From Convolutriloba macropyga (taxonomy: Eukaryota), in assembly GCF_964194025.1 (NCBI RefSeq), contig NC_134468.1, forward strand, positions 74,462,001-74,526,000: a stretch of DNA of 64,000 nt. Direction: 5' to 3'. Each line of letters begins with the position of its first letter. Position 1 is the first letter of the stretch. The notes under the pieces are model-generated. The model was given only the letters and a program-made list of their open reading frames with translations. It had not been told where the DNA came from and did not search any database. The translations under genes and the position numbers were made by a program. Below, in pieces: positions 15,101-27,100 of this stretch.

Positions 15101-18100
15101 GACATTGAGAACTATTACAGCGCCATTCCTGTTTTCGGGTTTAACAGCTCTCGGTATGATTTGAACCTGATAAAAGAATATCTTCTGCATCATCTGTTAA
15201 TCGAGAAAAACGTTGTTCCCAAAGTGATTCGTACGGGGAACAAATATATTGGAATGAACTTTCTTGGCTTGCAGTTTCTGGACATTCTTAACTTCCTGGG
15301 AGGAGTTACAACTCTGGATAATTTTCTGAAAGCGTATGGAGCCAGTGAAGAGAAGGGTTTTTTCCCTTATGAGTGGTTTGACAGTGCTGAAAAAATGAAT
15401 GAGTCCCAACTGCCACCAATTGAAAGTTTCTGGAGTAAGTTGAAAAACCATAACGTCTTGTCAGTCGATTACGATAAGTTCATGGATTGCAAAAAAAGGG
15501 GAATTGAAGAAAAGGAAGCTTTAAAGAAGCTGAAATTAAAAACAGTTCCCAAAAATGTAGAAGAGAACTACCGGGAACTTCAAAACATTTGGGAAAAGGA
15601 GAACATGAACACTTTTCGTGATTTTCTCAAGTGGTATAACAACAAAGACGTCGTGCCCACTCTTGATGCGATGACAAAGATGATTCAATTCTACCACTCA
15701 AAACAAATTGATATGTTGAAACTGGGCTATACGCTTCCCAACTTGGCAAACAGATTTCTCCATTCATCAACAGATGCTGCGTTTTTCCCATTCTGCGAGC
15801 AAGACAAGGAATATGATAACTATATCAGAAATTGGCTGACAGGAGGACCCTCAATTATCTTCACCAGATATGCAAAAGTTGGCGAAACAAAGATTAGAGA
15901 GTCCGAAAATGTGTGCAAGTCTATTGTGGGCATTGATGCGAGTCAACTCTACCCATTCTCAATGACCAGGGAAATGCCAACGGGACTCTACACAAAATGG
16001 GAGTTCAATGACGACACTGCAAAGTTTCACCCAAAAAGGAATTGGAGGAGTTTGTTTGAGCAGCAGGTAATCGAATACTTGCAGAGCACTCGTCCAGAAT
16101 GTTTAATACAGTCACAGTTCAGTCACAAAAAACAGAAAAAATTGGAACTTATTTCGTCGATGCCTTCTGCTCTCATTGCAACACAGTGTTTGAGGCAATG
16201 GGATGCTACTTTCATTTTGTCCCTGTCAGGAGGAAAAGCCGCTGTTATTTGAAGATATAGAGAACGGATTAAAGACACGGGAACGAGATAGTGATCGAAG
16301 AGAGTATCTGCAAGGATTAGGATACACAGTTGTTGAAATTTGGGAGTGTCAGTGGAAACAGTGGAGGAGGGAAAACATAAATGGAGTAAAGGAGTTCGTC
16401 AACAAGAAATATCCATTTCAACCACCCCTTTCTAAAAATGCTCTTATTGAAAAAATAAAACGAGATTTGTTTGGAGTGGTCGATTGCAGCCTTGAAGTCC
16501 CCGAACACTTGTACCCTTACTTTGAAGACTTTCCTCCTATTTTTAAGAATTGTGAAGTTGGACGAGACAACATTGGGGTCCACATGAAAGAATTTGCTGA
16601 GCGACACAAGTTATTGTCAAAACCAAGAAAAATGCTCATTTCTAGTTTCAAGCTTGACAGAGGACCAATTATTACTCCACTTTTGTTATTTTATCTGGAA
16701 AAAGGAGTGATTCTAAGAGACGTTTCTTGGTTCCTACAATACACTCCCCGTCTGCTTCCAGTCCTTTGTGCAAAACGTTGTTGATGCTCGCCGCTCTGGC
16801 ACTGCAAACATAAATATGCAAATTGATACCATTTTTTGCAATTTTTTTTACTTCTCTGAGTTTCATTCTTCGCTCATTCTGCTCAAAGTGCTTTTGAAAA
16901 GCAGTTGCTCAAGAAAACAATCTAAATTGAACGGAGCCATAAAAAATGAAATAAAATAAAGAAACGGTATAAACCCATAAAGCCCAAATTTAGATACCCG
17001 CTATTCTTATAAGTCTTGGTTACCATCTCTGATGCTTATTGGTATTTCAAATAACCCCCTCTATCCTCTCCCTCAAGAACAGGAGTAACTACAAAAGGAA
17101 ATAAAAGATATCGCAATTTAAAATTGTTTTTGTATAAAAATCAATCTTCATTTTTTTCTGATTCTTTTTCAATCCCATGCGGTTTTTTTCTGGCAATCTG
17201 CCGGGTATGTTTAAGAGTTTGAGGATAACAGATGTTTTGATATTGCAGCTTCTTTGACTCCGAAGTTCAACTTTGAGCGGATAATATCGTTTGATGCTCT
17301 GTCTCAACAACAGCTGGACTATTTAAAGCAAGGCAGCATCATATTCTTAGTCTATGGCAAACAGGAGGACCTCAGAAGCGACCCGTCCAAGAAACACATG
17401 ACCACAAAGGTACTCTGCATTTGTATAAACTTAACCTCTTTCTCATTACTCTCGGCCTTTACATCAATATCAAGGGTAACAATTCTATAATTTTAGCCCC
17501 TCCCCACTCCCACCTTTTTCTTGAAACTGCGTCCATGGCCGAGTTATGCATAACCAGCTAGAGCAGGTACCACAGATTTTGCAACAAAAATCTATTTGAA
17601 GTTAAGGGATTAACTGTAATTAGGAGCCCTTGTTTTAATGTAAACTGGATTTTGCTTACGAAATCGAGAAAATTTGCACGAAATAGACAAATTTATGGGG
17701 CTGCTCTAGCTAGTTGTGTCCCTAACTCTGAGTGAAAATTTAGTTTTATATTTATGTATTGCATAAATAGTATGCGCGTTCAAATTCTTAAAGTAAACGC
17801 TTTCGATAATCTGGAGTGGAATATGGGAAGTAGAATATATAACATTAGTAGTTATATGTAAGCAGATCAGGGGGGGGGGGGTAAAAGGACGTACCTATGT
17901 ATAAAGATTACCTATAGCCTATTTTCATCAATTTTCCAAAGACGTACCTAAAAAAGAGAGTGAGAACAATAGACCTGTCATCTTATCGTAATTACCCAGG
18001 GGTAATTATCTTAATTACCCCAGGGAAATGCATCCGCTCTAATGCACTTCAGCTAATCTTATCTACTTAATAAATTATATCTGCGGAACTTTCACTTTTA

Positions 18101-21100
18101 ATCATTTTCACATTTTATTCATCCGCGCATAGTTATCACAACTATAACTTTCGTTCATTCATTTACATGTGGAGAATGCTATTTTATCATTTTCAATTGT
18201 AATTCAATAGAATTTACACGATTTTGTGCTGATATACAAAAGTTTTGACAATTTTACCATTTTTCTCCAAAAATACCCAATTTTCCCCAAAAATAACCAA
18301 TTCTTGGCAAAAAAACCCAATTCTTCCCAAAAATACCCAATTCTTGCTAAAAAATACCCAATTATTGGTAAAAAATACCCAATTCTTCCCGAAAAATAAC
18401 CAATTCTGGCCAAAATATCCAATTCTTGGCAAAAAATACCCAATTCTTCCCAAAAAATACCCAATTCTTCCCAAAAAATACCCAATTCTGGCCAAAAAAT
18501 ACCCAATTTCCCCAAAAAATACCCAATTCTGACCAAAAAATACCCAATTCGTCCAAAAAATACCCAATTTTTGGCAAAAAACCCAATTCCTGGCAAAAAT
18601 ACTCAATTCTTCCCAAAAAATACCCAATTCTGACCAAAAAATACCCAATTCTTATCAAAAAATACCCAATTCTTCCCGAAAAATACCCAATTCTTAGCAA
18701 AAAATACCCAATTCTTCCCAAAAAATATCCAATTCTTCCCAAAAAATACCCAATTCTGGCCAAAAAATACCCAACTTTCCCAAAAAAAATACCCAATTCT
18801 GACCAAAAAATACCCAATTCTTCCGAAAAATACCCAATTTTTGGCAAAAAATACCCAATTCCTGGCAAAAAATACCCAATTTTTCCCAAAAAATACCCAA
18901 TTCGTGGCAAATAATACCCAATTCTTATCAAAAAACTACCCAAATCTTATCAAAAACACCGAATTCGTGGCCAAAAATTAACAAGTTTGAGTTGAAAATC
19001 CCCAGTTTTATCAGCATATTTCAGAAAATTACCCAAAGTTCAAAGAATTTTACCCAAATTTTTCCTTAACTGTTCGAATTTTTTCCCATTATTCCCACAA
19101 TTTCGCAATTTTAGGTCCTTACAAGTTTCAAAATCTTTATTGTAATAACGAAATCTCTCACGTGATCGCATTAATTTTGTCTGGAGGTAAATGACCTCTG
19201 AATTCTCCTATTAACAAATTTACTGTGTCATCTGTTAATGTGCCTAAAATTCTCACGTGATTAGACAATTAGTCACTATATTATTGTCACAATTACTCGC
19301 AAAAGTACAATCACATCATAGTAATCCACAATTACATCAAAGTATTGTCATAATTAGGTCATAATAACGTCACAATTACGTCATTCTGTCATCACAATTA
19401 CGTCATATTCAACAGAGAACTTTTCATTTTCGTTTATTTTCATTTTCCTGATTTACAGAATTGAGTGCAGTTGAGTACACTAATCTCTACAACTTCTGAC
19501 AAAAATATTATTTCATCGCAACTTCCATCTTAACAATTTTTACTCCTCCTTTTCTCACTTCTAATCTTACAATTTATTTTATTTTCAGAGATGCCTCGAA
19601 AGTCGGACGAAAAAGAACTTTGCAAGTCTTGCGATAAATTTATTTTGAAATCCAATATGAGTAGACATCAGAAACGTCACGCAAAAGTTTGCTCACATTG
19701 AACCCAGTCATTTCCGGACGACGAGAAACTGCGGAAACACATTGCTTCTGTACATGCACCGTCTCTGGTTATCAAGAAAAAGTTTTCTTGTAGCAGCTCT
19801 CCCTTATCCTTCTCTACATATTATCAACTTCTTCATCATAAACGAAACAGTCACCAACGTTCAATTCCTAGCACCTACGAGGACGTTGACATAACTATCT
19901 ATGGAGACTCTCCCGCTCTTCACAGTGAACTTCAAACGATTCAAAACTTTTTACAAGACTCAGTGCTTGAATTGTCTAGAAAGAAAGTGCATAACTTCAA
20001 GTTATTCGAACTCAGTCACAAAACAGTGATCAACAAATTGGATTTCGTTTACAACGACTTACCCAGTTCAGCGAAAATTAACATTTCCTTTGGTTTTGTA
20101 CTTCAAAGTCTGCATAACTCGGACGAATTTCGATACTTTTACGCGGCAGACAACAATCCCATTTTTCAAAATCCTATGGTTCTCTCCGATGACTCAGATC
20201 TCAATTTTATCAAATCGAAATTGAGAAGTGAAGATTTTCTACCCAATCTAATCAATCAACGTCCAGACACGAAATGGAAGTTTTATTGTGTTACAAATGT
20301 CACTTTCTTTGTATTTCTCCTCAGTGGTGTTCCTCTAGACTGTATAACTCAAAATATTCCATCCATTTTGCTCAAGAACAAGCACGTTAAATGTTTTGTT
20401 TCGGATTGTGAAAAAAAACCCTACCAAGACAACCTGTGTATGTTCCGTGCCTTAGCTTACGATTTGTACGGTAGTGTTGAATTACAAAATAAAACAATGG
20501 AATTGATGCAGATGTTTCTCTCAGCGACAAGGAGAGATAACGAAACCTTTCCAGGAGTACATGAAGACGATATTTCTGTACTTGAAGAGATAACAGACAG
20601 AAATATTCAAGTTTATACAATATTTTTTGCGGAACAATCTGAAATGTTTGCTGAACTAACTCGTCGCTCCTTGATGAAACGCACAAAGACAACTTCGTTG
20701 CTGAGATAAGAAAATCATATCTGTTGGACAGCGGACATCAACAAATTCCTCAAAAAAATTCCGGTGCTACATATGTGATCACTTTTTCGATAGATCAAAC
20801 AATTTGATGGTCCATCTAAAGAATTGTTCCGAAAACACACAACATAGGTATCCCTCAGGAGCTTATCAATTAGCAGAAACCATTTTTGATCGACTGAAAG
20901 ACGTTAATATTACGGTTCCGCAAGAACTCAGGCTTTTTTCTCATCTTATTGTATTTGATTTTGAGTCAATAACCGTCCCCGACAATACACTCAGAAACAC
21001 TGATTTGACTTCGTGGATTGGAAAACATGTTCCCATTAGCGTTTCGATAGCTTCCAACCTAATTAAAGACCCAATATTCATTTGCAACGAGGATCCGAAT

Positions 21101-24100
21101 CAACTAATCCGTGATTTTGTATCCAGCTTGACTAATATAGCAGAAAAAAAGCACACTTATAATGAGGGAAAAACTCAATGCTTTCGTGCTGGAATTGGAA
21201 GAAAAGTATTGGGCAGTTCGACAATTGGTTCCAGTGAAAGACAAGCAGGTACCCACTGGAGTGGAAGACTTATTTGACAACGAAGCTGAACCCGACGAAG
21301 AGGAGGATGAAGAACTTGAAATTAGGAGACTGAGGTGCGAGCTCAAGATGTTATCAAAATTGAGACAAGACATTGAGAACTATTACAGCGCCATTCCTGT
21401 TTTCGGGTTTAACAGCTCTCGGTATGATTTGAACCTGATAAAAGAATATCTTCTGCATCATCTGTTAATCGAGAAAAACGTTGTTCCCAAAGTGATTCGT
21501 ACGGGGAACAAATATATTGGAATGAACTTTCTTGGCTTGCAGTTTCTGGACATTCTTAACTTCCTGGGAGGAGTTACAACTCTGGATAATTTTCTGAAAG
21601 CGTATGGAGCCAGTGAAGAGAAGGGTTTTTTCCCTTATGAGTGGTTTGACAGTGCTGAAAAAATGAATGAGTCCCAACTGCCACCAATTGAAAGTTTCTG
21701 GAGTAAGTTGAAAAACCATAACGTCTTGTCAGTCGATTACGATAAGTTCATGGATTGCAAAAAAAGGGGAATTGAAGAAAAGGAAGCTTTAAAGAAGCTG
21801 AAATTAAAAACAGTTCCCAAAAATGTAGAAGAGAACTACCGGGAACTTCAAAACATTTGGGAAAAGGAGAACATGAACACTTTTCGTGATTTTCTCAAGT
21901 GGTATAACAAGACGTCGTGCCCACTCTTGATGCGATGACAAAGATGATTCAATTCTACCACTCAAAACAAATTGATATGTTGAAACTGGGCTATACGCTT
22001 CCCAACTTGGCAAACAGATTTCTCCATTCATCAACAGATGCTGCATTTTTCCCATTCTGCGTGCAAGACAAGGAATATGATAACTATATCAGAAATTGGC
22101 TGACAGGAGGACCCTCGATTATCTTCACCAGATATGCAAAAGTTGGCGAAACAAAGATTAGAGAGTCCGAAAATGTGTGCAAGTCTATTGTGGGCATTGA
22201 TGCGAGTCAACTCTACCCATTCTCAATGACCAGGGAAATGCCAACGGGACTCTACACAAAATGGGAGTTAATGACGACACTGCAAAGTTTCACCCAAAAA
22301 GGAATTGGAGGAGTTTGTTTGAGCAGCAGGTAATCGAATACTTGCAGAGCACTCGTCCAGAATGTTTAATACAGTCACAGTTCAGTCACAAAAAACAGAA
22401 AAAAATTGGAACTTATCTCGTCGATGGCTTCTGCTCTCATTGCAACACAGTGTTTGAGGCAATGGGATGCTACTTTCACTTTTGTCCCTGTCAGGAGGAA
22501 AAGCCGCTGTTATTTGAAGATATAGAGAACGGATTAAAGACACGGGAACGAGATAGTGATCGAAGAGAGTATCTGCAGGGATTAGGATACAGTTGTTGAA
22601 ATTTGGGAGTGTCAGTGGAAACAGTGGAGGAGGGAAAACATAAATGGAGTAAAGGAGTTCGTCAACAAGAAATATCCATTTCAACCACCCCTTTCTAAAA
22701 ATGCTCTTATTGAAAAAATAAAACGAGGAGATTTGTTTGGAGTGGTCGATTGCAGCCTTGAAGTCCCCGAACACTTGTACCCTTACTTTGAAGACTTTCC
22801 TCCTATTTTTAAGAATTGTGAAGTTGGACGAGACAACATTGGGGTCCACATGAAAGAATTTGCTGAGCGACACAAGTTATTGTCAAAACCAAGAAAAATG
22901 CTCATTTCTAGTTTCAAGCTTGACAGAGGACCAATTATTACTCCACTTTTGTTATTTTATCTGGAAAAAGGAGTGATTCTAAGAGACGTTTTTTGGTTCC
23001 TACAATACACTCCCCGCCGCTGCTTTCAGTCCTTTGTGCAAAACGTTGTTGATGCTCGCCGCGAAGGAGACCGAAACAAAGACTCAACAGTCGTTGCTGA
23101 AACTATGAAATTGATAGGTAACAGCTCATACGGGTATCAGATAATGGATCGTAGCCGGCACACGACCACAAAATATGTTAAAGGTTCTCAAGTGGATAAG
23201 TTTATCAACAACAGATTTTTCAAGACTATGAATGAACTACCAGAAGAAATTTATGAGGTAGAAATGAGCAAAACACGTATCGAGCACAAGGAACCAATAA
23301 TTGTTGGCTTTTTTATTCTGCAGTACGCTAAACTTACAATGTTACAACTCAAGTACAATTTCTTCTCCACTTTCTGCGACAAAAATAAGTACGAACTCAT
23401 TGAAATGGATACCGACAGTCTGTACATGGCGCTCAGTGAGGAAAGACTTGACAAAATCATTCGACCAGAAATGCAATCATTGTGGTACTGGATGAGACAG
23501 AGCGACTGCAGTGATAATTTTGCAGCAAACTCAAGCAGCAACTTTTTCCCACGTGAATGTTGCAACAAGCATGCGAATTTTGACAAGAGAACTCCAGGCT
23601 TGTTCAAAGAAGAATTTAGATGCTCAGAAATGATTGCTTTGTGCTCAAAAACTTATTGCTGCTACGATGAGCAATCAGATACTGTAAAATTATCCAGTAA
23701 GGGGCTCAAGAAAAACAACATCGAGGAACCCTTAGCCAAATACAGAAAAGTATTGTTTGATGAGGAGCGAGTATATTCAACGAACAGGGGATTTCGCGTA
23801 GTCGACAATAAGAAAGTATGCACATATGAACTCAAAAAAGTGGGACTGTCATACTTTTATCCCAAGCGTAAAGTCTGTGAAGACGGAATTCACACTACTC
23901 CTAGATATATAAGTCATTTTCTTTAGATTTTGTAAATTTTTAGCCTTCTTTCGTTTTATATCTTTTTTAATTCACTGTTTACCATACAAAATGTCTTTTG
24001 AAAAAAAATCATTGTATATAATAACTAAATTAGATACAAATACACATACAAATAATTAAGTACAAAATTTACAATTTTTTTTAAAAAGTTTTGAAAACCA

Positions 24101-27100
24101 TTTGCATCATTATACGGATCAATGTTTAAACAATTAAAGATTTTGGTTGTCAAAACTTACAAAACATCAGCAAAAAACTTCAAAATATGAAAATCATTTA
24201 AATATTTAGACGAGACTTTAGAAAATAACACATGTGCAAAATAAATAGCATATAAACCACACAATTATGAATCTTGGAGTTTTTCCTGTACTAATGAACC
24301 AAAGTTTGCTTTTGTCCTGATGCCATATTTTTCCAAAACTTCTCCCATCGAATCACCGTAGAACAACTTTCCATTTTTATTGGCTAGCAAAATCCAGTGC
24401 GAGCCCGGTTGAGTAGATGGATCTGTGTTGATTATACAAAACGTGTTTGTAGGTAAATTTTTTGGTCGAAGATCTGCAGGGAAGGAACCCAGATATTTGA
24501 ACTTTAGGTGTGGGAACCTGTTGACAACATGTAAGAGTTGTTGATTATCCATTTTTGGTGACTGATCCCTCTTTGTCAATTGCAATTGAACTTATACGTT
24601 CACCACTAACAAATAATTCTACAGTATTAGCCAAATTGTTAGCAAAGTAGAGCTCTAAGCGAATTCCTGCTCCAACTACATCAGGAAAATGCATTTCGAC
24701 ATTGGCCTCCTGTGTTGAAGTAAGATCGAAAAATAAATGAAAATGGTTTTCAAAATCCTTGTATTGAATGTTAGGACCGTCATCATCAAATTTGAGTGCT
24801 TTCATCGTTTCAGCATAAGCTCTCACATGATTTTCCGTTTGCAAGTTAACTATAGTTTGATTCCCACGCACAATTTTAACTTGTCGAAGACCAAATTTAC
24901 GAAAATGGAACGGATTCGTGTTGTATGTTCCACTGAACTCATTATTCAGATTCATAGCAATATCAATCATTCGAATTGGCTTGTTTGAAAATATATTTTC
25001 TTGTATAAACTGATTCTGTCCAGCTGGAATGATAAACGTTTTTGGAAGTTCTTCATTATAGTAAAATATGGCAGGTTCTCGCAGCAGTCTGCTTTTGAAA
25101 CTTCTCATCCAGTTATCTGAGATTGCTACCTGTCTAGTAAAAAGGCAAGCTTCCAAAATTGTAGCCTCAGAGTTCAGCCCACCAGTATCGATCATATAGA
25201 ACGCTGGAGATGACCGGATCAATTTCAGTCTGAGGTTGACATTTGGGAGAAGTAAAGTTTCACAGGCAAATAGACCTATTGCTAACGGACCGTAAAAAGT
25301 AAAATCATCTTTATCCTTTTTAAAAACAGTATCTGTAAATGCTCTTTTTGTAAAATCGTTTGGCTCAATCTCGTATCGATATCCTTGGCATTGAGATAAG
25401 CTTTCCTTCGTTCCTTTTGTCCCTGAAAATTCAGCAGAGACAAAAGCTTGATGAGCATAAAGAGAATTGGCACTGTGAACTTGTTCATTGTTAAGATATA
25501 CTTCGCAATTAGAGAAAAGAGAATGAAGAGCATTGTTTACCAATAATGTTTCTTCGGCATTATCTAAACGTGTTCGATCTCCTTTAATAACCCTTCCTCT
25601 GATGAATAATCGAGTAGAGCGCAAGTCAGTAAAAATATTACGATCAGTTTCCAATTGAAATTCGATTGTTGACTCGTTTAAGGAATTTGTTGGAAATATT
25701 TGCTGTTCATTGGACCAAAGAATGGGGTCTAGAATTGGAACTTTCCCAAAAAAGTCTAGCATAGAGTGAGACAAGGAATTCATTTGCATTTTAGCCGACC
25801 GTTTTTTATAATGATAATTGAGGAAATGATCAAGATTTTTTTTTGGAATAATAACGTAAGTTGAACTTGACCAATAGGGAAGAAGGGAACAAGGTGCCCA
25901 GCAGCGTTTCTTAATTCTACATGGATGCTGTGGAAGTTGGATTTGATTACTTTATGGAATCTCAAGTGTTCGAAACTGCGATAACTCAGAACCTGAGATC
26001 TCCTAAAATTCTCATCATTGTGGAACTCTCGGTGTTTGAACGGAAACGAGCGTAGAAGAGGACATTTCACATCACCGACTGAATCGGGTTCAACTATATC
26101 CAAGTAGAGTAAAACTGTATGTGTTCCAGTAATATCAAAAGGGAGATCTGCCGTTGCCCAGGACTTGGTGTTGCATGATCCTTTAGAATCAGGTGGCATA
26201 ACAGGTTTGTCAGCTTCAACGCCCAAGTTAGCAGCCAAACTTTTGCTGAAGGATACATTTTGAGATCCTCTATTGCAAAAAGTTAGTCTTCGACTTTTTT
26301 TGTCGATGTTGATAGAAAATTGAGGATCTAAGTTTTTGGGATGTCGTGCTTTTTTGGGTATATCTGTAAGACTCTTCGCAAATTCGTCCATAGAGTTAAA
26401 AACTGCTGGTGGAATAGCGAATACATGCTTAAATTTCTCATCATAGTGAAATGTCATCAATCCTCCTTCAATGTTATAACATATACCGGGATATGATACT
26501 TCGACTAAAGCTACTTCCCATGATCCATCCAGTTCAATTTTGTCGGGAAGAAAATTGGTGAACGAAGCCATTGCATTTTGAGGGTAAACTTGAGAGGAAG
26601 CGTTGGATACCAATTCTAGATAAAACGAATTCATGATGTTTGACTGTTCTGTGTGACGTTTGTTTGGAAAAATGATTAGTCAAGGTTCTTCAAAAAGTCT
26701 TTGCGAATTTTTTGTCGAGTAACACTTTGTCTAGTGTTTTTCCTCTTTTTCATACCACCACCAACTTGTTTCTGTATTGTTGATTTTGCAGTCTTCTTTA
26801 CTGCTTTTTTAATCGAAGTCTGTCCTGATAAAACACCACCAATTTCGGGAATGGCTGACTCGATTACATCTCGTCCAATTTTTTTTGCTGCAGGTAAAAC
26901 GTATTTCTTGAGAATGGGAAGAGTTGTCCTAGCGACTGTTCTAGCCAAGGCTCCAAAGCCACGCCCCCTCTGACGAGGAACTCCTTTAAAATAAGGTAGA
27001 TTGTAACCGTCCATTTTCTAGCGCGACTAATTGAAAAATGATTATGCAACTTTTGACAATTCTTGTTCGTAAAAGATTCCATCAATGATTTCTCCTTTCT

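Larger units (their letters stand above)
11579..16794 (+). mobile_element. Truncated duplicate of the Polinton left arm (TIR, array, PolB 5' part)
   Basis: Essentially identical to 17847-~23062 and ends abruptly inside PolB at VVDARR. Confidence 0.93.
10527..23062. repeat. Tandem duplication with a 6268-bp unit (10527-16794 / 16795-~23062): host flank, left TIR and 5' part of PolB
   Basis: ORFs recur at an offset of exactly 6268 (e.g. 13695/19963). The junction GATGCTCGCCGC|TCTGGCACTGC is at 16794/16795. Confidence 0.97.
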
